DNA of 64,000 nt from Candidatus Parcubacteria bacterium (GTDB lineage Bacteria; Patescibacteriota; Minisyncoccia; Phycocordibacterales; Phycocordibacteraceae), in the NCBI GenBank assembly GCA_034666125.1, contig JAXDML010000009.1:975-64974 (forward strand), given 5' to 3'. The notes beneath the pieces were generated by a model. The model worked only from the letters and a program-made list of their open reading frames with translations. It was not told the DNA's origin and made no database searches. Numbering within the stretch: position 1 is the first letter of the stretch; every line of letters starts with the position of its first letter. The position numbers and the translations under genes are program-made. This document shows, in pieces, positions 26,841-35,871 of this stretch.

Positions 26841-29800
26841 GGATATCGAACGCCACCCTCCCTATCGAAAGTTCGGCTGCATACGCTGCGTCGGCGGGTG
26901 CGTCGAAGGCGATATCCGTAACGCCCGGGAGGGTTCCGGTGAGGGTATCCTTCGCGGTAGCGCTCGCGCGTACGTGCGCGAGGTCCTTCGGCGAGAATCC
27001 TTCCTCCTTCCGCGCGTCGGCAAGCGCGCGCATGAATTCCCGCACGTCCCCTTCCCGCACGAGTTCCGGCGTGAGTTCCGTGTCGAGCGACGCTTCCGCA
27101 GCCCCGGTACGTATCTCCTTAACGTTCACTTCCTCCGCAAGAAGGGTCTGCAGTTCAATTGAAAGTTCTCCCGGTATCGACAGCGCCGCGAGCGGCTGAC
27201 GCACCTTGATGTTCGCCTTCTGGCGGAGCATGAGGCCTTCCGATGCAAAGGCTCGTGCGCGCTCCATGCCGAGCATAAGTCCCGTATCATCCGGCGTACC
27301 GCCGAACACTTTCTTCAAGAAGCCGACTCGCTCTACCTCAGGCCAATCAGCAAGGTGCACGCTTTCGGGGTCGTTCTCCCCTTTTACGCCCCGGTATACC
27401 TCATCGGCGACGAAGGGCATCACCGGGGCTATGACCTTTGAGAGCTCCAGGAGCACATGGCGGAGCGTATGAAGCGCCGCCTGCTTGTCGGTCTCGTGCG
27501 CGCTCTTCACGCGATCGCGCGACCGGCGCACGTACCACGTCGAGAGGTCGCTGACGAAGTCGCGCATCGGACGGACCGCACGGGGCATCTCGTACCGGTC
27601 GAAGGCGTCGGTCGCGGTGGCGGTGAGCTCCCTGAGACGCGCAAGTATCCACCGGTCGAGCGGATGTGCTGCGAAGTCGGGAGTCGCCGTATCGTCAAGG
27701 TCGTCCTTATAGAGGGCGTAGAACGCGTGGATATTGCGGAGCATGTTGACGGTCCGGTTCTGCGCCTCCTTTACCTCCTCGTCGCGGAACACCAGGTCCT
27801 CCGCCTGCATGACGACGCTTCCCATGAGGTAGAGGCGGAACGCGTCGGCGCCGTACGTGTCGAAGAGCGCATACACATCCGTATAGTTCCTCTTGCTCTT
27901 CGAGAGCTTCTCGCCATCGGAGCCGAGAATGTTGCCCGTCACCGCGACGTTCTTGAAAGGCGCCCGATCGAAGAGCTCGACCGACATCGCATGCATGTAA
28001 TAGAACCAGGCGCGCGTCTGCGCGATGTATTCGGAGACGAAATCGCCCGGCGAGCAGTTCTCGAACTCCGCGCGGTTCTCGAACGGGTAATGGTATTCAG
28101 CGAACGGCATGGATGCCGATTCCACCCAGCAGTCGACCACTTCTGGTATGCGCGTGAGGGGCCTTCCGTCCTCTGATTCGAGACGTACCTCGTCGATATA
28201 CGGGATGTGGAAGTCGAGCTCATAGTCGCGATTGTGCGGGATCGGGACGAAGTTCAGATCGACTACCTTCCCGCGCTCAGGATACGCGATGCGTACGGCG
28301 CGGTCCGGCAAGGCGCCCTCAACGACGGCATAAAGTGCCCACAGCGGCTCCCCGTGCGAGATGATCAGGATGTTTTTGCTCTGATATTTCTCCTCAAGCG
28401 AGTATAGAAAGTCGCCCACGCGCTTGCGCACATCATTGATGGACTCCCCTCCATCGGGACCTTGATAAAAGCGTGAAAGGTCGCCTTCCGGGGTATCAGG
28501 ATATATCTCAAAGAATTCCTTGAGGGGCCGTCCATTGAATACGCCGTGGTTGTATTCCGCTATAGCACCTTCCTCTATGACCTGCTGAGGTGCGAGTCCG
28601 AGCTCCTTCGCGACGATATCAGCCGTCTCGCGCGTGCGTACGTACGGCGAGGTGACGATAAGGTCGATATTCTTTTCCTTGAGACTTCCCGCTGCCTTTT
28701 TGACCTGTTCCTTCCCCTCTTCCGTAAGATGAACAGGATCGTGCGGGTCAGCGCTGATCAGGCTGTCGCGATTGCTATCTGCTTCTCCATGCCGGAGCGT
28801 ATAGTACGCATTACCGCTCTTCTTCCTACGAGCCTTCAACTCTTCGAGCGAGCCGATGACCGTTACGTTCCCGTCCGCGTCCTTCCATATGGGAAGCGGA
28901 CTCGCCCAGAACCGGTTGCGGGAGATGGTCCAGTCAGGAGCGCTTTCGAGATTGTGCTTGAAACGTCCGTGCTTAAGGTGCGCGGGCGACCAGGCGATCT
29001 TCTCGTTCTCCTCAAGAAGACGCTGCTTCACTGACTGGATGTCGATGAACCAGCTCGACACGGCGTTATATATAAGAGGAGTGCCGCAACGGTAGCAATG
29101 CGGGTACGAGTGGGTATGGCGTGCTTTCGCGAAAAGTAGCTCTCGTGTTTCGAGATCCGCCTTAATCTCAGTCTCTGCTTTCTTTATGTACTTGCCGCGC
29201 AGGAATTCCGGGGCATCGTCGTTATACGTCGCGTTCGGGTTCAAGAGCGGTATCATCGGCAATCCTTCCTTAAGCCCGAGCGCGTAGTCGTCCTCACCGT
29301 ATATGACCGCCGTATGCACGATGCCGGTGCCGTCCTCAGCCGTAACGAAAGCAGCTGAAAGGACTTCCCACTTCTTCCCGGCATGTGCCGCGACTTTCGG
29401 AATCTCATAGAGCGGCTCGTATGCAAGGCCTACGAGTTCGCTGCCCTTGAAGGATTTCTCCTTCGTTCCGAACTCGCCTGCAAGCTCCGCCGCTTCCGCG
29501 AAGTATTGGGTCGACATAATGTAGTGGCCTTTTGTGAGATGTAGGATCCCGCCTCCGACTTCCTGGTTACGGTCCGTACCAACACGTACAAGGACGTAGT
29601 CGATGTCTTGCCCGACGGCGAGCGCGACATTTCCGGGAAGCGTCCACGGCGTCGTCGTCCACGCAAGGAGAGAGGTATCCTCTGGCAGCTTGTCCGAACT
29701 CCTTATCTTGAACTTCGCCGTCACCGCTTCCTCGGTGATGTCCTTATACGTATTGTCCATCGCGATCTCGGCCTTGGCGAGCGGCGTTTCGCAGTGCGGA

Positions 29801-30342
29801 CAGTACATGAGCACTTTCCTGCCCTCGTACAGGCGCCCTTTCTTATGTATCTCCTTGAGGGCCCACCATACCGATTCGATGAACGCGCTGTCCATCGTCT
29901 TGTATGAGTTATCGAAATCGACGAATCGCCCGACACGCTCGACGTAGCGCTTCCAGTCGTGCACGTACTCGAGCACCTTCGAGCGCGCGATGTCATTGAA
30001 CTTCTCGACGCCGAGCTCGAGGATATCCTTCTTGGACTTGAGTCCGAGCTCCCGCTCTACGATGGACTCTATGGGAAGGCCGTGCGTATCCCACCCCCAT
30101 CGGCGACGCACGCGGTATCCGCGCATCGTCTTGTACCGCGGAACCACGTCCTTGGAAACCGAGGAAAGGAGCGAGCCCTGGTGGGGCAACCCCGTGGCGA
30201 ACGGCGGGCCGTCGTAGAAGACGAACTCGCCCTTAGGCGCGGGTTTCTCGAGCGTCTTTTCGAATATCTTGCTCTGCTGCCAGAACGCGAGCACTTCTTC
30301 CTCGCGCCGCGCTACGTCGGACTTTCCCCGTTCTTCGGTCAT
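26830..30342 (-). CDS. ileS: Isoleucyl-tRNA synthetase (eukaryote-like type) carrying an inserted histidine-phosphatase (RHG) domain
   Basis: PPFATGLPHQGS (HIGH-type), TPWT editing-domain motif, KLSKS, anticodon-binding domain. Residues about 510-700 form a complete histidine-phosphatase fold (RHGEADSN ... TSPYVRTRETA ... ISHGEPL). Confidence 0.9.
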   Translation of the reverse strand: MTEERGKSDVARREEEVLAFWQQSKIFEKTLEKPAPKGEFVFYDGPPFATGLPHQGSLLSSVSKDVVPRYKTMRGYRVRRRWGWDTHGLPIESIVERELGLKSKKDILELGVEKFNDIARSKVLEYVHDWKRYVERVGRFVDFDNSYKTMDSAFIESVWWALKEIHKKGRLYEGRKVLMYCPHCETPLAKAEIAMDNTYKDITEEAVTAKFKIRSSDKLPEDTSLLAWTTTPWTLPGNVALAVGQDIDYVLVRVGTDRNQEVGGGILHLTKGHYIMSTQYFAEAAELAGEFGTKEKSFKGSELVGLAYEPLYEIPKVAAHAGKKWEVLSAAFVTAEDGTGIVHTAVIYGEDDYALGLKEGLPMIPLLNPNATYNDDAPEFLRGKYIKKAETEIKADLETRELLFAKARHTHSYPHCYRCGTPLIYNAVSSWFIDIQSVKQRLLEENEKIAWSPAHLKHGRFKHNLESAPDWTISRNRFWASPLPIWKDADGNVTVIGSLEELKARRKKSGNAYYTLRHGEADSNRDSLISADPHDPVHLTEEGKEQVKKAAGSLKEKNIDLIVTSPYVRTRETADIVAKELGLAPQQVIEEGAIAEYNHGVFNGRPLKEFFEIYPDTPEGDLSRFYQGPDGGESINDVRKRVGDFLYSLEEKYQSKNILIISHGEPLWALYAVVEGALPDRAVRIAYPERGKVVDLNFVPIPHNRDYELDFHIPYIDEVRLESEDGRPLTRIPEVVDCWVESASMPFAEYHYPFENRAEFENCSPGDFVSEYIAQTRAWFYYMHAMSVELFDRAPFKNVAVTGNILGSDGEKLSKSKRNYTDVYALFDTYGADAFRLYLMGSVVMQAEDLVFRDEEVKEAQNRTVNMLRNIHAFYALYKDDLDDTATPDFAAHPLDRWILARLRELTATATDAFDRYEMPRAVRPMRDFVSDLSTWYVRRSRDRVKSAHETDKQAALHTLRHVLLELSKVIAPVMPFVADEVYRGVKGENDPESVHLADWPEVERVGFLKKVFGGTPDDTGLMLGMERARAFASEGLMLRQKANIKVRQPLAALSIPGELSIELQTLLAEEVNVKEIRTGAAEASLDTELTPELVREGDVREFMRALADARKEEGFSPKDLAHVRASATAKDTLTGTLPGVTDIAFDAPADAAYAAELSIGRVAFDIHAA

Positions 30343-30364
30343 AATCTACCCATCCTAGCGTTCT

Positions 30365-30402
30365 GTATATAAAAAGGAAATGGCCGGCGCTCTGCGCCGG
30401 CC
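30365..30402 (-). terminator. GC-rich hairpin (GGCCGGCGC tct GCGCCGGCC) plus T-run, 25-40 nt upstream of the ileS start; terminator or attenuator-like
   Basis: Inverted repeat seen directly; the minus strand is followed by ATTTCCTTTTTATATAC. Confidence 0.35.
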
Positions 30403-30426
30403 GTGCCTCTTTCGGGGGTGACGCGA

Positions 30427-30642
30427 TCAACGTCGCGTAATCATTACCGGCACCTTCCCTTTGCCGGTGCTTTTGCCCTGACGGGCGATGATGCGGCACG
30501 ACAGGACTTTGCTCGTTCCCCCACAGCTAACTTCGAAGGTACCGGGGAAATGCGCTGCCCTGACAGTGGTGGTGGCGGTGGCTCCGGGTCCGGCTCGCAA
30601 TTGTTGGTGGATTGCCGGTGAAACTAAAATCTTCTTGCACAT
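30427..30642 (-). CDS. Small Cys-containing hypothetical protein (71 aa) with a strong SD
   Basis: AAGGGAGG 6 nt upstream of the ATG (MCKKILVSP...). No family recognised. Confidence 0.45.
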   Translation of the reverse strand: MCKKILVSPAIHQQLRAGPGATATTTVRAAHFPGTFEVSCGGTSKVLSCRIIARQGKSTGKGKVPVMITRR

Positions 30643-30716
30643 GAAGAACCTCCCTTGTCGCCATTGGGGCAACCTATAGAGTCTACTCCCGCGAGCTTAA
30701 AATTCAAGCAAGATAT

Positions 30717-32402
30717 CTACATCCTTTCCGGTACGGGAATGCCGAGCAGCCACAGCCCATTCTTCATCGTGTTGGCGAACGCACGCACGAGCGAGAGCTT
30801 GTGCGCCTCGTAGTTGCCGCCGATGATACGCTCCTTCGCATAAAAAGAATTCCACTCGCCCGCAAGCTGGGTGAGGTACTGCGCGACGACATGCGGCGCT
30901 TCGAGTGATTGTGCCTTTTTCACGACTTCCGGGAAACGCGTGATGAGACGTGCGATATCGTACGCCTCATCCGGCACATCGGTCGAATCCGCCGCTTCGC
31001 CCGCGTTCGCGAGTATGGACATCGCGCGCACGTACGCGTACTGGAGATACGGCCCCGAATCGCCGTCGAGTGAAAGCGATCTTTCCGGGTCGAAGGCGAT
31101 GTTCCCGCCGAGCGCGCTTCGCAGGATCATGTACTTAAGTGCGCCGACGGCGACCTGCTCGGCGACGACCGGATCGGGATTGCGCTCGTTCGCCGCCGTT
31201 ATGAGGTCGCGTATGACCTCTGCTGCCGTGATGACGTTCCCTTTGCGCGACGACATCTTTCCGGTGGTGAGACGCAAAAGCCCGTGCGCGATGTGGGAGG
31301 TCTTAGCGGCGAGCTTCGGGGCGATATCCTCGAGTGCGGCAAGCACTACCTTGAAGTGGCTTATCTGCTCCACTGCCGTTACGATCACCACTCGATCCGT
31401 CTCGACGCGCTCCTCCTTAAGGAAGGCGAGGCCGATATCCTTCGTCTCGTAGGTCGGATTCCCGCGCGAGGTGATGAAGACGAGAGTGAAGAGCCCTTTC
31501 TTCTCTCCCTTATATACGATTGCTCCCTCGCTTTCCTCGAAGATGCCCTGCGCGAGGCTGTCGCGCACGACACGGACGCCGGTGCGGGTCGTATCGCTGT
31601 CAAAGAACGTATAGTCATGACGCGTGCCGAGTATCTTAAAAAGCCGCTCGAATTCCTCCATGGAGACTTCCCTGCCTTTCTGCCATATATATAGGAGCGC
31701 ACGGTCGTCTTCCGGAAGCGCCGCCGCCTCTTCCTGCCTGTCAACGATCTCGTATATCTTCGTATTCAGGCCGTCTATTTCTGCTTTTGCCGTCTCGCTC
31801 TCCTCATACGCCGTCGCACCCCGTGTGTACGCCTTTCCTATCTCGCCGGCGGACGCGATATCCGTAATGCCATCCTTCCGGAGCGCCCATAACGCCTTGG
31901 CTACCTGCGGCCCCACGTCCCCGCCGAACGTGTCGCGGAGCGTATGTGCGCCCGAAGCTTCAAGCAGCCTCGAGAGCGATTCGCCCACGATCGCGCCGAC
32001 CAGGTGCCCGAGGTGCATCTCCTTGAACGGATTCGGATTGCCATATTCGATCATCACTCGCTCCCCTTTCCGGATGTCATTACGACCCCACACTTCTTTT
32101 GCTTCCATGGCGGCTTCGAGTTCGCGCGCGATCGCCTCACCCGAAAGCGTGATGTTCACGAAGCCCGGTCCTGCCGCCTCGACATTCGCTGCGTCTGCGC
32201 CGAGCGCGCCTCGTAATGCAGGAACGAGCGCATCCGCGATCTCGCGAGGCGGCTTGCCGAGCGCCTTGCTTGCGGCCATCGCCGCATTCGTCGCGAAGTC
32301 GCCGTGGGAGAGCTCCGCCGGCCATTCGATGGCGAACCCGACCTCGCTTGCTCCGAGCTTCGCGATCTCGGCCCCGATAACGCTTCGTATCCGTTCGATC
32401 AT
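30717..32402 (-). CDS. argS: Arginyl-tRNA synthetase
   Basis: N-terminal Add-1 domain, HVGH-type motif (MHLGHLVG), DALR anticodon-binding domain. Confidence 0.9.
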   Translation of the reverse strand: MIERIRSVIGAEIAKLGASEVGFAIEWPAELSHGDFATNAAMAASKALGKPPREIADALVPALRGALGADAANVEAAGPGFVNITLSGEAIARELEAAMEAKEVWGRNDIRKGERVMIEYGNPNPFKEMHLGHLVGAIVGESLSRLLEASGAHTLRDTFGGDVGPQVAKALWALRKDGITDIASAGEIGKAYTRGATAYEESETAKAEIDGLNTKIYEIVDRQEEAAALPEDDRALLYIWQKGREVSMEEFERLFKILGTRHDYTFFDSDTTRTGVRVVRDSLAQGIFEESEGAIVYKGEKKGLFTLVFITSRGNPTYETKDIGLAFLKEERVETDRVVIVTAVEQISHFKVVLAALEDIAPKLAAKTSHIAHGLLRLTTGKMSSRKGNVITAAEVIRDLITAANERNPDPVVAEQVAVGALKYMILRSALGGNIAFDPERSLSLDGDSGPYLQYAYVRAMSILANAGEAADSTDVPDEAYDIARLITRFPEVVKKAQSLEAPHVVAQYLTQLAGEWNSFYAKERIIGGNYEAHKLSLVRAFANTMKNGLWLLGIPVPERM

Positions 32403-32429
32403 TGAAATGAGTGTACCAAATTAGGAGTA

Positions 32430-33767
32430 CTAGGCGGGAATGGGATAGTCCTTCGTGAATTCGCGTATCTCGTCACGAATAACCCCTAATTCTTTATTAC
32501 TCTTCAGGGATTCATTAAATTCTTTAAGGTACGCAGTGCGTTCCTTCATATCGGTCGGCAGTCTGCGATCGCCTACGGCTTCTACGACGCGCGCTATCCA
32601 TTCGGCCACTTTTCCCATTTCCTTTTCCTTCATTCCGCGGGTAGTAAGGGCGGGGGTGCCGAGGCGGACTCCGCTCGGATAGAACGGTGATGCCGGATCC
32701 TTAGGCACGGTGTTCTTGTTCGCCGTCATTCCGGCCGCTTCCATCGCGTCGCTTACGAATACCCCGCCCCCGGGACCGAGTATCGGCGCGAGGTCCATAA
32801 GGAGGAGATGATTCTCCGTTCCGCCCGATACGAGCGTAAGCCCGTGCTTCTTTAGCCCTTCGGCGAGCGCCTTGGCGTTTGCCACTACCTGGTGGCCGTA
32901 CGCTTTGAACTCCTCGGTCGTCGCTTCCTTAAGCGCGATGGCGATGGCGGCAGTCTGGTGATCGTGCGGGCCGCCCTGGAGACCCGGGAATACGGCCTTG
33001 TCGAGCTTGGCCGCGAGGTCGGGATCCTTCGCCAGGCCGCGTTCGGTCGTCATGATGATGCCGCCGCGCGGGCCGCGAAGCGTCTTGTGGGTCGTGGTCG
33101 TGACTATGTGCGCATGCGGGACCGGGGACGGATGCGCGCCTGCCGCGATAAGGCCCGCGACGTGCGCGATGTCCGCCGCGAAGTATGCTCCGACCGAGTC
33201 CGCTATCTCTGCGAACTTCTCGTACTCATACAGGAACGGATATGCCGTCGCGCCTGCCCAGATAAGCTTCGGCGCATGCTCCTTCGCGAGCGCCCACACC
33301 TCGTCCATGTCGATGCGTCCGTCTTCCCGCACGTGGTACGGGACGCTGTTATAAAAGATGGCGGTCGCCGAGATCTTCCACCCGTGGGTCAGGTGCCCGC
33401 CGTCCGGAAGGTTGAGTCCCATGATCGTGTCGCCCGGATTCGCGGTCGCGAGGTACACCGCGAGGTTGGCGGGGCTTCCGGAGTACGGCTGCACGTTCGC
33501 GTGCGCGACGCCGAACAGCGACTTCGCGCGCTCGATCGCGAACGTCTCCACCTGATCGATGAACTCGTTGCCGTTGTAGTAGCGTTTGCCCGCGTACCCT
33601 TCCGAGTACTTGTTCGTGAGGATGCTGCCCATCGCCTCCATGACGGCTGCTGAGGCGTAGTTCTCGGATGGTATGAGCTCGAGCCCTTCAGCCTGTCGCT
33701 TCTCCTCGCCTACTAGGGCGTGATATATGTCCTCGTCTTCGTTCCTGATGTGAGCGTAGGGATCCAT
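32430..33767 (-). CDS. glyA: Serine hydroxymethyltransferase
   Basis: SHMT signature (TTTTHKTLRGPRGG), PLP lysine and overall conservation. Confidence 0.9.
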   Translation of the reverse strand: MDPYAHIRNEDEDIYHALVGEEKRQAEGLELIPSENYASAAVMEAMGSILTNKYSEGYAGKRYYNGNEFIDQVETFAIERAKSLFGVAHANVQPYSGSPANLAVYLATANPGDTIMGLNLPDGGHLTHGWKISATAIFYNSVPYHVREDGRIDMDEVWALAKEHAPKLIWAGATAYPFLYEYEKFAEIADSVGAYFAADIAHVAGLIAAGAHPSPVPHAHIVTTTTHKTLRGPRGGIIMTTERGLAKDPDLAAKLDKAVFPGLQGGPHDHQTAAIAIALKEATTEEFKAYGHQVVANAKALAEGLKKHGLTLVSGGTENHLLLMDLAPILGPGGGVFVSDAMEAAGMTANKNTVPKDPASPFYPSGVRLGTPALTTRGMKEKEMGKVAEWIARVVEAVGDRRLPTDMKERTAYLKEFNESLKSNKELGVIRDEIREFTKDYPIPA

Positions 33768-33782
33768 GGTCAGATCATATAG

Positions 33783-34475
33783 TCAGGGCTTGAGGAGCGC
33801 GAGTACGGCCTGCACGATCTCTCCGTGAATGTCCTCTCGCGCACGCATGGTGCCGTCCTTTTCGCAGTCGACGACCCTCCAGTTCGGCTCATGCGAGGCG
33901 AGCCACGTCGCGGTCTCATGGCTTCGTTCCAGATACGCCCGATCGTCCTCGACCGTATCCTTTTGCCCGTCATCAAGGGACGAGTTCTTCGATGCGCGTT
34001 TCTGTAAGAGGAGTTCGAGGCTTATGTCCAGGGGAACGCGCAAATAAAAGATGGCATCGGGACGCGGAACGCCGAGTACGCCGTGCTCGATGAGCTCGAG
34101 CCACGAGAGGAACCGCTTCCGTTCCTCGACGTCGGCGATCTTGCCGCCTTGGTGTATCTGATTGGCGCTCGTGAAGCGGTCGGCGACCACAACGGTTCCG
34201 GCTTCCAGGTGCTTCCGGATAGCGTCGGAGGATTCGAACCGGTCGAGGGCGTACAGCGTGGACGCGATCTTCGGGTCGAGGTTCACGAAGTCGCCGTGCC
34301 GGCCCGACAGGCATTCGCCGATGAGCGTGCCGAAGACGTTCCGGTCGTATGCAGGGAAATCAACGCGTTCGGCCGGCACGCCCTTCGCGTTCAGGTACTC
34401 CGCAAGAAGCCGCGACTGGGTCGCCTTTCCCGAACCGTCGTTGCCGTCGAAAACGAGTAGAAGTCCCTTGCGCAT
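33783..34475 (-). CDS. tmk: Thymidylate kinase
   Basis: P-loop DGNDGSGKATQ, DRF motif (ADRF), typical length. Confidence 0.85.
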   Translation of the reverse strand: MRKGLLLVFDGNDGSGKATQSRLLAEYLNAKGVPAERVDFPAYDRNVFGTLIGECLSGRHGDFVNLDPKIASTLYALDRFESSDAIRKHLEAGTVVVADRFTSANQIHQGGKIADVEERKRFLSWLELIEHGVLGVPRPDAIFYLRVPLDISLELLLQKRASKNSSLDDGQKDTVEDDRAYLERSHETATWLASHEPNWRVVDCEKDGTMRAREDIHGEIVQAVLALLKP

Positions 34476-34481
34476 GATTGG

Positions 34482-34910
34482 TTACAGGCCGGTCGTGCCG
34501 TACGCGCCGCGGTCGGGACTCCCCAGTGACGCCTCTTCCTTCCAGGTGACCCGGTCATACGGAAGCACGACGATCTGCGTCACGCGTTCTCCGCGCTTCA
34601 CCTCCACGGGCGCGTCGGTGAAGTTGTAGAGCGCCGCATGATACTCGTCCTTATCTCCCGCGTAATCCTCGTCAAGGATACCGATGCCGTTCGCGAGCAT
34701 GAGACCGCGCTTCTGCAGCGAGCTTCGTGCGGCCATGAGCACGAAGTGTCCGGGCGGCGGCTGTATGGCAACGTTCAACGGGAATACCGTTATGGATTTC
34801 GGGGCTACGGTCGCGGTCTCGCGCACGCACAGATCCATGGCGGAGGCGCCTGCCGTCTTGTACTCGGGGAGCGGCAGGTCCGCATCCATCCTCTTTATAG
34901 GCACCTTCAT
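34482..34910 (-). CDS. dut: dUTP diphosphatase
   Basis: dUTPase motifs (AGASAMDL, PGHFVLMAARSSL, GIGILDEDYAGD). Confidence 0.85.
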   Translation of the reverse strand: MKVPIKRMDADLPLPEYKTAGASAMDLCVRETATVAPKSITVFPLNVAIQPPPGHFVLMAARSSLQKRGLMLANGIGILDEDYAGDKDEYHAALYNFTDAPVEVKRGERVTQIVVLPYDRVTWKEEASLGSPDRGAYGTTGL

Positions 34911-34959
34911 GAGGCCAGTGTATCACCGTAAGGAATTGGGCTATACTTTTCAGACTTCC

Positions 34960-35862
34960 ATGAAGAACCCCATCACGCTCACGAAAATCCACTCCCTGAA
35001 CGAGCTCAAGGACATGCTCCGGAAGATCTCCTACCGCGGCGTGTATACGTCGGACGGCGAGAAGGTCCTGCCGTACAAGGACGCCCGGTTCTCTATCACG
35101 ACGGTGTACCCGCAGTCGTCCCCAGGGTCTTCTCCGCACATACGGATCGGCAGGCGTCGGGAACCTCTCTTCACACCCCAGCCGACGATCTATGAGAACC
35201 AAACGAAGACGCTCGAGGAGGCGGACAAGTTCCTCCTGGCGCACGACATGAAGATGAGCAGCTTGCGGGGAGCGGTCGAATACGCCTGGGAGGGGCGTGG
35301 CGAATTCCATATGCTCCCCCCGGTCATCGAGAAGCACTCCTACTACCTGAAGAACGGGTACCTCGACCTCCCGCACCTGCTCAAGCGGTTCAAGGGTCTT
35401 CGCGTAAAAGATGCCGCGGGGAACCTGCATCCGCTCTCGGAGCGTACCCTACGCTCCTTCTATATCGACGAGGTGAGCAGCATCGACCATTTGGATGTCT
35501 TCAACTCGAACGTACCGATCATCAACTACGGCCTCGGACATAACGGGGTGTTCACGTTCTATATCGTCTGCGACGGAGCCCATCGCCTCGACTACGTGCT
35601 CGAGAAGATCAAGCAGCCCATGAACGTCCTCCTGGTAGAGCCGGCGACCGACGAGGAGACCCTGTATCCCTATTACGCCTTCCCGGTCCCCTTCCGCCCG
35701 TCGCTGCGGCTCTCGAGCAAGCAGTCGGAGAAGATGTACCATCGGCTGGAACGCGACAAGATCCATCTTTTCAACGACTTCATACGGAAGGTCCTGCATT
35801 ACGACTGGGAGTCGGCCGGACTCAAGGTGAGCAAGCTGCGGTCTAACGTGGAGATCTATTGA
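34960..35862 (+). CDS. Hypothetical protein (300 aa), first gene of the putative nucleotide-modification island
   Basis: Start at MKNPI. Normal composition, while the overlapping antisense ORF is R/L-rich. No family recognised; contains GHNGVFTFYIVCDGAHR. Confidence 0.5.
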   Translation: MKNPITLTKIHSLNELKDMLRKISYRGVYTSDGEKVLPYKDARFSITTVYPQSSPGSSPHIRIGRRREPLFTPQPTIYENQTKTLEEADKFLLAHDMKMSSLRGAVEYAWEGRGEFHMLPPVIEKHSYYLKNGYLDLPHLLKRFKGLRVKDAAGNLHPLSERTLRSFYIDEVSSIDHLDVFNSNVPIINYGLGHNGVFTFYIVCDGAHRLDYVLEKIKQPMNVLLVEPATDEETLYPYYAFPVPFRPSLRLSSKQSEKMYHRLERDKIHLFNDFIRKVLHYDWESAGLKVSKLRSNVEIY

Positions 35863-35871
35863 GCCTGCCCT

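Noticed and set aside
34672-35430. 252-aa ORF antisense to the first island gene
   Set aside because: R/L/V-rich antisense-type composition, and it overlaps dut. The + strand protein has balanced composition.
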